A stretch of DNA of 64,000 nt, taken from positions 1-64,000 of the IMG/VR virus record IMGVR_UViG_3300037112_000155; one strand, given 5' to 3'. The position numbers and the translations under genes were made by a program. Every line of letters begins with the position of its first letter. Position 1 is the first letter of the stretch. Positions 37,542 through 47,349 of the stretch are shown piece after piece. A model generated the notes under the pieces. That model was given only the letters and a program-made list of their open reading frames with translations. It did not search any database and was not told where the DNA came from. The stretch comes from an uncultured virus (IMG/VR IMGVR_UViG_3300037112_000155) (lineage: Duplodnaviria; Heunggongvirae; Uroviricota; Caudoviricetes).

Positions 37542-38615
37542 ATGAAACCAACTGTTTGCCTGGCCATGATGGTGAAGAATGAGAGCGCAGTCGTTCGGCG
37601 CGCCCTAGAGTCCGCGAAGCCATGGATCGATTCCTGGATCGTTTGCGACACAGGGTCGACAGATGGCACCCAGGCGATCGTGCTCGACGTACTGGGGAGC
37701 CTGCCGGGGGATCTGATTGAAGTCCCATGGGTGAATTTCGGGGCCAATCGCACGCAACTCGTACGGCTCGCTCGGGCGAAGACTGATTACGTGCTGATCA
37801 TGGATGCGGACATGGTGTTGAATGTTCGGGCTCCATTCAAGGAAAAGCTGACCGCGGATGCGTATGAGTTGCGCTACGAAGGGTCGCTCGACTACACCCA
37901 GACCATGCTGGTGTCGTCGCGCCACGAGTGGAACTATGTCGGGGTCACCCACGAATACATCACGTCGCCGACGGCGCTGCGCTTTGAGCAGATCCACGAC
38001 ATCAGCCTGACTCACCTGGCGGATGGAGCAATGCGTACGGACAAGTTCGAACGCGACATCTGCCTGTTGACCAAGGCTGTGATCGAAGATCCGACCAATC
38101 CGCGGAGCCTCTTCTATCTGGCCCAGTCCTACAAGGACTTCGGCCACTATGGGCCCGCCGAATACTGGTATGGGCGACGCGTGCTGCTTGAAGGCTTCGA
38201 CGAGGAACGCTGGTACGCCATGTATCAGAAGGGCCGGATGGCCATGCGCCTGGGAGAGGATTGGGAGGCGACCGTGCTGCCCCTATTCCTCAAGGCTTAC
38301 CAATATCGGCCGACGCGCATTGAGCCGATCTATGAAATCGTCCAGCATTACCGGGCGATCGATGAGCCGCGGATGGCATTCTTCTATGCTTCGGTCTGGG
38401 GCCACGACTTCCCCTATCCGAAGGAAGATCGGTTGTTCATCGATGCCACCATCTACCAGCACCTAATGCCGTACGAGTTTGCCTTTGCTGCGATTCAAAC
38501 CGGAAGGATCGGACTCGCGGACAGGACGCTGGCCGCGATCGAAGGGAACTCGCGCGATACGGGATGGATGCAGCCTTGGATCGCGGTCCTCAAGACCAAG
38601 ATCCAAGTGGCTTAG
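37542..38615 (+). CDS. GT2-family glycosyltransferase with TPR repeats (357 aa)
   Basis: MMVKNES, DTGSTDGT, DAD, GVTHE; TPR-like RSLFYLAQSY; only plus-strand gene called. Confidence 0.9.
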   Translation: MKPTVCLAMMVKNESAVVRRALESAKPWIDSWIVCDTGSTDGTQAIVLDVLGSLPGDLIEVPWVNFGANRTQLVRLARAKTDYVLIMDADMVLNVRAPFKEKLTADAYELRYEGSLDYTQTMLVSSRHEWNYVGVTHEYITSPTALRFEQIHDISLTHLADGAMRTDKFERDICLLTKAVIEDPTNPRSLFYLAQSYKDFGHYGPAEYWYGRRVLLEGFDEERWYAMYQKGRMAMRLGEDWEATVLPLFLKAYQYRPTRIEPIYEIVQHYRAIDEPRMAFFYASVWGHDFPYPKEDRLFIDATIYQHLMPYEFAFAAIQTGRIGLADRTLAAIEGNSRDTGWMQPWIAVLKTKIQVA

Positions 38616-40372
38616 TTCACGAATCCGCTGTTGGTCGATGCAATCGTCAGGATCTGGAACGTGCAAGTCGTAGTGTTGCGCAGCGAGTCAATTGCCTTGA
38701 GCGTGAAACCGTACGTACCTGCCGTTGTAGGTGTACCGGAAATCACGCCAGTGCCTGAGTTCAAGGACAGACCAGGAGGCAGAGTCCCGGACAGAACCGT
38801 GAGTGCATAGGGGCTGGAACCTCCGGTAGCAAAGATCGTTTCTGAGTACGCAATGCCAAGGGTAGCGCTGGCGAGAGCCTGAGCAAACAGATAGAGTCCG
38901 GAGCTACTTCCATTCTGAGACGGAACCATGTACTTCTCGATTATGTCGGTGGACTTCACTTGGTACTTGGCCGTTTCAGATTGACCTATGTGGTTGGACT
39001 GAACGAGCGGGTTGGCATTCAGCGTGTAGGTGCCGTTAGCGGCCACCAGTTCAAAGCTGATAGCAGCCCATGCCCGTTGGGACGACATCCTCAACTGAGT
39101 ACGCATGCTGGCGATGGTGCTAGTTGGCCCATTCTCCATGAGGACAGCAGCAGCGGATGTCACCGTAGGTGTCACCGAAGTTCGAAGCGTACCAATCGCA
39201 CCCGCGAATGTATCTCCTGAGTTGGTAGCCACCGCATACGCGGTGACCATCATGTTTCCCCCGTACTGGGGGGTGTTATCCAGTTCAGCATAAAAACCAG
39301 TGCTTGCAGCACTGTGAGCCGTTACGACACGCGGTGTTGGCGCGGCGGTCGGAGTGTACGTCGGAGATACCTTGAACGCGGTGGTGACCGCCATACTTGA
39401 GTTGTTGTTTGTCCAGTAGGTCGGGTAGGTTCCCGTGCTGTTTACAATTCTGGCGCCTTCAAAACTACCAATGACGCCGTTGCCCGGATATTGACTCAAC
39501 ACGGTCGGGTTCCCACCATACATGGCAAGCACGGTGTGAATGAGGTCATTGGCATTGGTCGTGGTGACGTTGATAGTGTTCATCGCAGCCCCGCCAAGAG
39601 ACGGGACTCCTACAGCGTTCGTTGTGTCCACCGTTGCGGTGACCCCGGCCCACTGGCTCACGTAGTAGCGATAGACACCACTGCTGGCCCCGAAGTGCAT
39701 CGTCACCGTGGGAGACGCGGAGGAACCTGCGGCGATACCGGCGAACACGGCGACGTAGAGGTTAGCACCATAGGCATTGTAGGAACCGGTGTTGACCAAA
39801 GTGTATGTGGTACCTACACTGTCCGTGACGCTGGTGGGGGTCGGAGTCGCTTGCATACTCACGATAATCAGGTTTCCCGCTGTGAAGGCTGCGGGAGAGA
39901 TGGTCTCAACGTGAACACCGGTGGTGATGCCGTTGGTGTTGTTGTACAAACCGCTGTTCACCAGAGGCGACGAGGGGTAGTCGTAAGGTTCCGTGTAGCT
40001 GGTCACGGACACAGAGGCCAGAGCGGCTGAACTGAAGTTGATGGTCGAGTTGGCTGTTCCAGCCCCGAGGACACAAGGCGTCGTCCACAGTTCAATGCGG
40101 ACGCCTGAGCCGGGTTCGGTGCTTGCTCCTTGAAATGTCCATCCGGTGAAGAGGTTCGCTCCGGGGGTGATGGAGGAGACCGTCACACTGGCCGTGTAGA
40201 TAGCGATAGCCGCTACCATCAATACATTTCCGCCCACGGAGTTGCCCCCGTTCACACCCACACTGTTGTTGGCGATAGACATGGTGAGTGTCGTAGCCGC
40301 AACGGTGTTGCTGTTGGTGACCGTGTTACCACGATTCGCCATCGCAATGGGCGTGGGCGCCATCAGGGGCAT
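38612..40372 (-). CDS. Ser/Thr-rich surface/fibre protein with C-terminal putative Ig (He_PIG-like) domain (586 aa)
   Basis: ATGGSSPY...GTLPPGLSL...GVISGTPTTAGTYGFT motif. Confidence 0.7.
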   Translation of the reverse strand: MPLMAPTPIAMANRGNTVTNSNTVAATTLTMSIANNSVGVNGGNSVGGNVLMVAAIAIYTASVTVSSITPGANLFTGWTFQGASTEPGSGVRIELWTTPCVLGAGTANSTINFSSAALASVSVTSYTEPYDYPSSPLVNSGLYNNTNGITTGVHVETISPAAFTAGNLIIVSMQATPTPTSVTDSVGTTYTLVNTGSYNAYGANLYVAVFAGIAAGSSASPTVTMHFGASSGVYRYYVSQWAGVTATVDTTNAVGVPSLGGAAMNTINVTTTNANDLIHTVLAMYGGNPTVLSQYPGNGVIGSFEGARIVNSTGTYPTYWTNNNSSMAVTTAFKVSPTYTPTAAPTPRVVTAHSAASTGFYAELDNTPQYGGNMMVTAYAVATNSGDTFAGAIGTLRTSVTPTVTSAAAVLMENGPTSTIASMRTQLRMSSQRAWAAISFELVAANGTYTLNANPLVQSNHIGQSETAKYQVKSTDIIEKYMVPSQNGSSSGLYLFAQALASATLGIAYSETIFATGGSSPYALTVLSGTLPPGLSLNSGTGVISGTPTTAGTYGFTLKAIDSLRNTTTCTFQILTIASTNSGFVN

Positions 40373-41520
40373 TATTCGTACCTCATGAGGAGGGCGTTAC
40401 CTGCGGCACTTGAACCCTGAAACGCTTGAGAGAAAGGTGTAGCCTGAGTGGCGAAGTAGGTGTGGTTAGAGCCGTACACCGATACCGTTAGAATCTGACC
40501 TTCTGACACCGCCAGATAGTTCGTCCCCGCCAATCCATAAAGGGGGTAATCGAGGAGCCCAACCACTGGAGAGATGAAGTCCACAGGCACGGTGCCGTTG
40601 AAGGCTTGGTTGCCTCTGGAGGTAGGGTTAGGCACAGAGATAGTCAAACCGCCGTAAGCGTTTGAGTTCGTGGATGAGCACACTACAGGGCAAGCCCCGA
40701 GTCCGCTCTGTAGGTACAGAGTCTGCTGGTTAGCAACCGTGACGACTCCGCCTCCGTTAGTGTCCCCGATGACCACCAAGGTGACGTGCGTGTTGGTGTA
40801 GACACCGCTGGAGTTCACGCTGCGTTCGATGTACACCAACTGACCGGTGTTTACTCCTCTCCACATCAGAGCCCCGAAGTAGCTGGGTCCTCCAGAGAAG
40901 CGGCACTCCCAGGGCACCGTGGCACTCTGGGCGGTGGGTGCGCCCACACACGCTACAAATTGGGAGGTAACGTAGCCTGTGGGTACCCCAGCCCCATTGG
41001 TGGTGGTGCTGAGTTGAGCAACTAGAACCGGGGCATTCGCGGCCTGACTGTTCCCATACTGTATCTTGAGGAAGAAGTTGGTCAACGAGTCATTGGGTTG
41101 CCAGATTTCATAAACCGTGGCGTTGGTGGCAGGAACAACGGTGTTCGCTGTGACCACACCCGACTGACCGGAAGCCGTAGTGCCACTGGCTGAGTTGGTC
41201 ACGGTGAAGGTGCCCGAGGTCGTGCCGGTGAACGACGTGATGACAAACGTTCCGTTGTTGACCGAATTGCCCATGCCTGTGATGTTCAAGGCACGACCAT
41301 TCGCAAGCGGCAGACCTGTGAGCGAGGCGTATGTATAGACTGATGTGGTTCCGGTGCAGGTCACAGCACTGATGGTCAAGCCCGTCCACATGACTTGCCC
41401 TGTGTCGTTGCTTTGAATCCATCCGGCGAGCTGAAGCTGGACGCTAATCTGCGATGCCCACTGGGAGAAGTTGGCGAACGTGGAAGCGTCGTTCAAGAGG
41501 TACACAAGGTTAGCGGTCAT
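40372..41520 (-). CDS. Ser/Thr-rich fibre/decoration protein, paralogue B (382 aa)
   Basis: Collinear similarity to 41521-42684 (LLND.STFAN, DTGQVMW, YEIWQPND, MRYE). Confidence 0.7.
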   Translation of the reverse strand: MTANLVYLLNDASTFANFSQWASQISVQLQLAGWIQSNDTGQVMWTGLTISAVTCTGTTSVYTYASLTGLPLANGRALNITGMGNSVNNGTFVITSFTGTTSGTFTVTNSASGTTASGQSGVVTANTVVPATNATVYEIWQPNDSLTNFFLKIQYGNSQAANAPVLVAQLSTTTNGAGVPTGYVTSQFVACVGAPTAQSATVPWECRFSGGPSYFGALMWRGVNTGQLVYIERSVNSSGVYTNTHVTLVVIGDTNGGGVVTVANQQTLYLQSGLGACPVVCSSTNSNAYGGLTISVPNPTSRGNQAFNGTVPVDFISPVVGLLDYPLYGLAGTNYLAVSEGQILTVSVYGSNHTYFATQATPFSQAFQGSSAAGNALLMRYE

Positions 41521-42684
41521 TTATTCGTACCTCATAGCAAGGGACTGACCGGCACTGCTTGAACCCGCGCCTACAAACGCAAAAGAAAAGGGGTACGCCT
41601 GAGTGCAGATGTAGGTGTGGTTCGTTCCATACACAGGGGTCACTAGGATTTGGCCTTCAGTGACGTTGAGGTAGTTAGTACCCCCGAGTCCAAGTAGCGG
41701 ATAGTCGTAGTAGCCAACAACGGGGGCCAATGTATCGAATGGCACGCTGTTGTTGAACACAAGAGAGGTTCGGGGGTTAGCATTGCGGATGGACAGGCCA
41801 ATATAGTTGATGTTGTTCGTGTTCGAAGATGAACACACCTGTGGAGCAGGGCCAAGACCGCCAAGCGTGTACGTCTGCTGATTGGCCGAACATGCTTGAG
41901 TCCCTGCGGCTGCACCAATGACTACCAGAGTCACATGGGAGCTAGTGTAGGCACCCGAAGAGTTGACCGAACGCTCCACATACACCAACTGACCATTGTT
42001 GATGCCTCTCCATAGCATGGCTCCGAAGTACCCAGCTCCGCCTGAGAATCGGGACTCATAGGGGATGGTGGAAGAAGCAGCGGTGTTCGTGACTACTGAA
42101 CCAACGAATCGACCTGTGGCAAGACCAACAATGATTCCAGCTCCATTTGTGGCTCCCCCGATGGTGGCCGCTATGGTAGGTGCATTGGTACCGGAGGAAT
42201 AGCTCCCGTACTCCATCTTCAGGTAGAAGTTCGTCAGACCATCGTTTGGCTGCCAGATTTCATAGAAGTACACGTTCGTGCCAGGAGCGGTCGCCTGGGC
42301 GGTGACTACCCCAGTACCTCCCGAAGCCACGGTGACTCCTGCAGCATTGGTCGCAGTGAAGGTTCCGCTGCCCGCGGTAAGAGTTCCGCCGGTGATGACG
42401 AAGGTGCCGTTGTTGCCGACGTTGCCGGACGTCCATCCGGTGACGGTCAAAGCACGGCCAACAGCCAGGGCGAGACCTGTCTGAGAAGAATAGGTGCAGG
42501 TCATCGTTGTGCCGGACATGCTCACGGCTGTGATGCTCAACCCGGACCACATCACCTGGCCAGTATCGGGTGATTGCACCCAAGAACCTGCCGCGATAAA
42601 TGCTGTGGCGAAAGAACTCGCCCACGCGAAGTAGTTAGCGAAGGTAGAGCTGTCATTGAGGAGATAGCTGAAGGATGCTGCCAT
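41521..42684 (-). CDS. Ser/Thr-rich fibre/decoration protein, paralogue A (387 aa)
   Basis: Tandem paralogue of 40372-41520. Confidence 0.7.
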   Translation of the reverse strand: MAASFSYLLNDSSTFANYFAWASSFATAFIAAGSWVQSPDTGQVMWSGLSITAVSMSGTTMTCTYSSQTGLALAVGRALTVTGWTSGNVGNNGTFVITGGTLTAGSGTFTATNAAGVTVASGGTGVVTAQATAPGTNVYFYEIWQPNDGLTNFYLKMEYGSYSSGTNAPTIAATIGGATNGAGIIVGLATGRFVGSVVTNTAASSTIPYESRFSGGAGYFGAMLWRGINNGQLVYVERSVNSSGAYTSSHVTLVVIGAAAGTQACSANQQTYTLGGLGPAPQVCSSSNTNNINYIGLSIRNANPRTSLVFNNSVPFDTLAPVVGYYDYPLLGLGGTNYLNVTEGQILVTPVYGTNHTYICTQAYPFSFAFVGAGSSSAGQSLAMRYE

Positions 42685-42691
42685 TTGCGGG

Positions 42692-43294
42692 TTACTCCAT
42701 CACTGCGGTGAATTGCCAGTTGGCGGTGCCAGTCAGGATGTCGATGGTGAACAGATCGTTCGCAGCAACGGTCAGTGGACTCGAGGTGAGCGCTGTAAAT
42801 GTGGACACAGTGCCTGAAGAGGTGCCAGCTGCTATGGTCGGGTTAGTTGTGAAGACACTCGTTCCGTTCTGCTTGATTCGGAAGGAAAGAGCAGTAACCG
42901 TATCCGAGAACTTCACAGTGACGACACATTTAGTAAAACCTGCCACGCGAGTGGCGGGCAGCATTGGCCCCACATTCGTTCCAGCAGTGCCGATATTGAT
43001 GATGAATCCGATGGAGAGCGGCGCCGCGGCGCCGGCTGCTCCAGTAGATCCGGTCAAACCCGTCGGCCCAGTAGGACCTGCTACCGTGCTGTTGGCCCCA
43101 GTTGCTCCGGTGGGTCCAGGAACTGTGCTGGCAGATCCGGTGGGACCAGTTGGTCCAGGAACTGTGCTGGCAGCACCAGTAACGCCGGCCGTACCGGTAG
43201 GTCCGGTAGGGCCGGTTCCACCGATTAGGCCAGCAAGCTTTGCGTCGACCTGAGGGCGGGTGTAGTAACGCGTAAGGTCTGTGCTCTGACTCAT
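42692..43294 (-). CDS. collagen-like (GPT repeat) fibre protein (200 aa)
   Basis: Gly-X-Thr triplets interrupted by (A/N)STV(P/A); repeat unit with about 39-nt period near 43113-43173. Confidence 0.8.
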   Translation of the reverse strand: MSQSTDLTRYYTRPQVDAKLAGLIGGTGPTGPTGTAGVTGAASTVPGPTGPTGSASTVPGPTGATGANSTVAGPTGPTGLTGSTGAAGAAAPLSIGFIINIGTAGTNVGPMLPATRVAGFTKCVVTVKFSDTVTALSFRIKQNGTSVFTTNPTIAAGTSSGTVSTFTALTSSPLTVAANDLFTIDILTGTANWQFTAVME

Positions 43295-43938
43295 TAGCGG
43301 ACAGTGCGGGTGGCTGAGTTGGTGTCTTCAGTAATCTGGAAGTTGGCCAGGACGGAACCATCCAGGCGGCGGAAGGTCAGGACCTTCGGGTTCTGCGTTT
43401 TATCCACCACCCATGTGCCCAGCGAGACGTCGTGAACGTCGGTGATCAGCTGCGTCAGAGCCAGGAGAGAGTCCTGACTGGCGGGGTTGGTGGGCAATGT
43501 GTCGGTCTTGGCCTTGATGGCGAGGACCGCTGCCGAAGTGCTGGGATTGATCGTCGCCAGGTCCGCCAGGTGCGCAACGGTTGCGTCCTTAGCCACCGTG
43601 GCGTCGTGAGCGACGGTTGAGTCCAGCGCAACCAGTCCGGTGACGCGGGTATCGCCCAGGCGCACGTTCTCGAGGAACCTGCCATTGATGGTCGCGCCGT
43701 CAGCGGCGTAGGAGACCACGGCCAGGTAATCACCATTTGCCAACCCGGCGGTGTTCCAGGGATAGGCATAGACGAGCGAGGTTCCGGTCACCAGCACCAT
43801 TGCCTGAGCAGTCGTCACCGACACGCCGTCGATGAGACGAATCACCGTGATCAGCGGGGCAGTGGTGACGGTAGGGGCGGATCCGTCGGTATGCGAAAGG
43901 GAAAGCAGGAAGGTGCGGATGTCGCCGGGATAAAGCAT
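43294..43938 (-). CDS. hypothetical virion protein (214 aa, starts MLYPGD)
   Basis: GGAG SD before the ATG at 43938; [18 protein letters not shown] repeats. Confidence 0.55.
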   Translation of the reverse strand: MLYPGDIRTFLLSLSHTDGSAPTVTTAPLITVIRLIDGVSVTTAQAMVLVTGTSLVYAYPWNTAGLANGDYLAVVSYAADGATINGRFLENVRLGDTRVTGLVALDSTVAHDATVAKDATVAHLADLATINPSTSAAVLAIKAKTDTLPTNPASQDSLLALTQLITDVHDVSLGTWVVDKTQNPKVLTFRRLDGSVLANFQITEDTNSATRTVR

Positions 43939-43956
43939 GAGGTCTCCGAGTGTCAC

Positions 43957-43985
43957 GGAAGAAAGGGCGGCCAGTGCGGCCGCCC
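43957..43985 (-). terminator. probable intrinsic terminator after the lysis cluster
   Basis: GGGCGGCC-GCACT-GGCCGCCC hairpin followed by TTTCTTCC on the minus strand. Confidence 0.6.
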
Positions 43986-44004
43986 CTCCGGTTGGAACGC
44001 GTGC

Positions 44005-44367
44005 TTACTTGCCTGCGATGAGGGCCGGCAGCGCGGAGCTGAGCGCCTGGGACTGGTTCACGAAGGTCTTCACTTCGTTGATCACAGCGATGTCGACGCC
44101 TGCATCAGCCAACTTGGCCTGAGCAGCCGCATCACCCAGGGTGAGGACCTTGGCGAACTCGCCGAGCAGGGCATAGCCCAGATCTTCGATGCTCGTAGCA
44201 ACAGTGCCGATCCCGAGGACTGCGGATGCGGCGGTTGTGACCTTTTCGACAACGGTCTTGGTCGCTTCGAGCTTGTCGATTTCGGCAGGACCCTTTTGGG
44301 CGAGGGCCTTGATCGCGGTTGCGAAGAAATGGCCAATGGACTTGAACGGTTTCAGAGAGAAAGTCAT
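44005..44367 (-). CDS. hypothetical amphipathic protein in the lysis cluster (120 aa, starts MTFSLKP)
   Basis: AAGGAG SD; Ala-rich helical protein. Confidence 0.55.
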   Translation of the reverse strand: MTFSLKPFKSIGHFFATAIKALAQKGPAEIDKLEATKTVVEKVTTAASAVLGIGTVATSIEDLGYALLGEFAKVLTLGDAAAQAKLADAGVDIAVINEVKTFVNQSQALSSALPALIAGK

Positions 44368-44416
44368 GAGTGTGCTCCTTGATGTGAGTGTGGATGGGAG
44401 AAACGAAGTACCAAAG

Positions 44417-45193
44417 CTAGAAGGGCCAGTAGAAGTGGGTCTCGGTGAACTTCTGAGCCACGTCGAGGCTGAATGTGATCCAGTTCTTAACCTGCTGGAC
44501 CTTGGTGGGGTGGACGATGGTGTGCACGCCGCCCTGGATATCGACCATAGTTTTCTCAACGTGGTCAGTAGCCTTGGCAAAGTGATCGGACGCTTCAGCA
44601 ATGTGGCCCGTCGCAGTGTCGACGTGCTTCAAAGCTGAGGGAATCGCAGGATCCCCGATCACCTTGGTGGCGGCGCGGGCCGTATCGGCGGTCGCCTGGA
44701 GAGTCTCGGTGCTCTTCTGCAGCGCGGGCCGCAGATCGCCGAGGACGTTGAGCACTTCCTTGGTGATGTCCGTGCCATCACCGTTGAAGCCGTCCGACGT
44801 CTTCTTGAGCGACGCCAGAAGTTCATTGGTCCGATCGAGGGTCAACTCCGACTTGGCGGTGAGGACGGGGACTTCGGTTTCCCAATACTTGCGCTGGGTC
44901 ACCGCGGCCTTGCGCGCCTCAGTTGCTGTCAGACCAGCCTCGAGCAGAACCCGGTGGGCTTCATCGCCGTTGTTGGTGACTTCCCGCGTCGCCGTCGCGG
45001 CAAACGTGTTCAGCGCTTGCTCCGTTACGACCATCCCAGTCGCGGCCTTGCGCACCGATAGGAATGCAAGTCCAAGACACACCAGCGCGAAAGCGGCCGC
45101 AGTGAGGACAGCGTTTCTGAAGGTGAATACTGAAGCGACGCGCGCCCGGCGGCGCCGGTTGCGGAGGAAGCAAGCTGTTTGAAGAACCGACAT
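44417..45193 (-). CDS. membrane-anchored coiled-coil protein, possible spanin-like (258 aa)
   Basis: N-terminal TM AVLTAAAFALVCLGLAFL followed by helical body; lies after holin; TAATG coupling. Confidence 0.45.
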   Translation of the reverse strand: MSVLQTACFLRNRRRRARVASVFTFRNAVLTAAAFALVCLGLAFLSVRKAATGMVVTEQALNTFAATATREVTNNGDEAHRVLLEAGLTATEARKAAVTQRKYWETEVPVLTAKSELTLDRTNELLASLKKTSDGFNGDGTDITKEVLNVLGDLRPALQKSTETLQATADTARAATKVIGDPAIPSALKHVDTATGHIAEASDHFAKATDHVEKTMVDIQGGVHTIVHPTKVQQVKNWITFSLDVAQKFTETHFYWPF

Positions 45194-45438
45194 TACAGAA
45201 TTCCTGTGGGGACCGCGGGCGGAGGAGGCATGTGGCTGCTGCCTGCATTGAGCGCCAGCAACAGACCTGCGTTGGATCCGACGAACAACTCCCAGAGCCG
45301 GTTGGTGGTGATGGTGTCGTGTGCTCCGGAGATGGCCGAGTGAAAGAACAACAGGTCGAGGCCGAGCAGGATCACGATGGTCGCGGTCTTACTGGTCAGG
45401 TCGGGAAACGTGATCTTGATGCTGGGAAGAAAGGACAT
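45193..45438 (-). CDS. putative holin (81 aa)
   Basis: Two hydrophobic segments; adjacent to endolysin; AGGAG SD. Confidence 0.5.
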   Translation of the reverse strand: MSFLPSIKITFPDLTSKTATIVILLGLDLLFFHSAISGAHDTITTNRLWELFVGSNAGLLLALNAGSSHMPPPPAVPTGIL

Positions 45439-45447
45439 GGCAGCTCC

Positions 45448-45891
45448 TTAGCGAACCTCTACCTGGTCATAGCGGAGAGAGTTGCCGGTGTGGCCGATGA
45501 AGGCCTGGCGGCGGGGTTTGTTGAGGCGGTCGATCTGGATGTGAACGCAGGCGGGGACTTCGGCTGCGTTCTTCTCGAGGATGACCTTGTCGAAGGGCAG
45601 GTCTGACTCCAGGCGCAGCCAATCGAAGAGGATCTGGATCGTGGTGCCCTGCGCATCCACGTCGGCTGCGGCGTCGCCGCCGACGAAGAGATGGAAGGAT
45701 GCTGTCTTGCCGCCTACCCGGGCGTTGTGGCCTGGATCGCGGTAACCGTCATGGATCCGGACGGCGCCGAACTTGGCGTGGATGGGTTCGAGGACTTCCT
45801 TGCACAGGAAGACCGCATTGGCATAGATCCGAGGATCGATCTCGCCGGCAACTCCAAGTTCACGATCGGCGAAGTGTTCTGTCAGTTGCAT
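45448..45891 (-). CDS. peptidase M15 endolysin (147 aa)
   Basis: HF...E, GYRDPGHNARVGG..SFH...AAD and VHI zinc-peptidase motifs. Confidence 0.85.
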   Translation of the reverse strand: MQLTEHFADRELGVAGEIDPRIYANAVFLCKEVLEPIHAKFGAVRIHDGYRDPGHNARVGGKTASFHLFVGGDAAADVDAQGTTIQILFDWLRLESDLPFDKVILEKNAAEVPACVHIQIDRLNKPRRQAFIGHTGNSLRYDQVEVR

Positions 45892-45899
45892 GAAACTCC

Positions 45900-46601
45900 T
45901 TAGGCTGGCCAGCCGGTGACCCGGATGCGCAGCTTGTTGCCGTCGACCGTCGCGCTGTACTCGAGATTCGGCGGCGGCCCGGGGATGAGGGGATTGCCCA
46001 GGATGGCCTCGACGCTCAGATAGATATCGCTGACGTCGAAGGATGTCGGATCGATATCACCTGGGAAGATGACATCGAACTCCTGGGTGAGATCCTGGTT
46101 CAGGCGAATGCGGGGAACGATGCGGATCTGGTCCAACTGGATCGCGCGGTTGTCGTCGACCAGGGGAGAAGTGGACGGTGGGATCAGCAGATCGAGCACG
46201 CCCGTCGTGAAGGTCCACTGGTAGCTGACCGCCATCGACTCGCCCGCGAGGTTCTTGAGATCCTCAGTGGAGAGGGAAGCGTCGGCGCCCAACAGCATCG
46301 CGGTATACGGGGTGTTCTGCTGGAACCCGCGGGTGGGCTGGAAGGTGGCGACGGTAGCGCCCGCCACCGTGGCGAGGGACCAGGTGCCGTCGACGGCAAC
46401 CGTCGAGGACTCCGGCTTGCCTGAGATGAGCTGCGACGCATTGACCACCTGGATCGATGCGGGGTAGGTCAGCGAAAAGGTGCTGTCGTTCAGAGTGGTC
46501 GGATCGATCACCTGGTCAAAGGTGACGATGAGGGCCTGACCCAGAACGACGTCGGTCTCGCTATTTCCCGGGTCTACGCTTACGACTACTGGAGCTGACA
46601 T
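45900..46601 (-). CDS. Ig-like (Big_5/SbsA-type) virion protein (233 aa, starts MSAPVVV)
   Basis: PVVVSVDPGNSETDV...VTFDQVIDPTTL...NTPYT...YQWTFTT. Confidence 0.7.
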   Translation of the reverse strand: MSAPVVVSVDPGNSETDVVLGQALIVTFDQVIDPTTLNDSTFSLTYPASIQVVNASQLISGKPESSTVAVDGTWSLATVAGATVATFQPTRGFQQNTPYTAMLLGADASLSTEDLKNLAGESMAVSYQWTFTTGVLDLLIPPSTSPLVDDNRAIQLDQIRIVPRIRLNQDLTQEFDVIFPGDIDPTSFDVSDIYLSVEAILGNPLIPGPPPNLEYSATVDGNKLRIRVTGWPA

Positions 46602-47214
46602 TCTTCTTTGCCTTCGTCTTGCTCGGCTTGGTGGCTGGCTTCTTCTGCGCCGGTTTCTTGGTGGGCTTCCTGGTGGGCTTCTTGGCGGGCAGGCTGCTCT
46701 CGACGACTTCCTCGGTGATGCCACCAGCGAAGCCAGTGACATGCTCGTCGAAGTTCACGCTCTTGAGGGTCCCGGTCCTGCGGATCTCCTTCTCAAAGCG
46801 CTTGCCTTCCGCCTTCGACTTGGGCGCGGCGATGTAAAGGTTGCCGCGGCCGTCGGTGGCGATGAAGACCTGCTTGCCGGTATCTTCCTCGGCGATCGCG
46901 GAAGTCTCGCCGCCCTTGCCCTTGTAGCCCTTGGTCATGTCCTTGCCGGTCATGTCGATGAGGTTGCCGGCAGCCAGGGCGATGTGCAGCGGCGCCTGCT
47001 GGGCCTGCGGGCCCACGATGGCAAAGGGATGGCGGGAGCCCAGGTGGAAGCCACCGCATTGGAACTGCTGGATCACCGCTGTGTTCAACATCAGCGTCTT
47101 GCCAGTCAGGTCCTCGGGCATCTTCGGGGCGGTGCGGCGTTTGGCGGGAGATGTCTTGGTGGCGAGAGTCTCGTTGAACTCTTTCGAACCAGGCATCACG
47201 ATCAAATTGGACAT
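46561..47214 (-). CDS. hypothetical protein with Lys-rich C-terminal tail (217 aa, starts MSNLIV)
   Basis: GGAGG SD; KKP(T/A) repeats suggest DNA binding. Confidence 0.6.
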   Translation of the reverse strand: MSNLIVMPGSKEFNETLATKTSPAKRRTAPKMPEDLTGKTLMLNTAVIQQFQCGGFHLGSRHPFAIVGPQAQQAPLHIALAAGNLIDMTGKDMTKGYKGKGGETSAIAEEDTGKQVFIATDGRGNLYIAAPKSKAEGKRFEKEIRRTGTLKSVNFDEHVTGFAGGITEEVVESSLPAKKPTRKPTKKPAQKKPATKPSKTKAKKNVSSSSRKRRPGK

Positions 47215-47296
47215 GAAGTATGCCTCCACCCCTGATTGTGGAAGGGCGGAGCGGACTACCAAAGGCTGGATAACATGGAGGGCCTCGAAACCACAC

Positions 47297-47328
47297 GAGG
47301 CGGACGATCAGTGTTGACCGTCCGCCTC
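47297..47328 (-). terminator. 14-bp hairpin downstream of the major capsid gene
   Basis: GAGGCGGACGGTCA-ACAC-TGATCGTCCGCCTC (one G-U pair), weak U tract. Confidence 0.6.
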
Positions 47329-47349
47329 CGGGAAGATGTTGCGTTGAGG

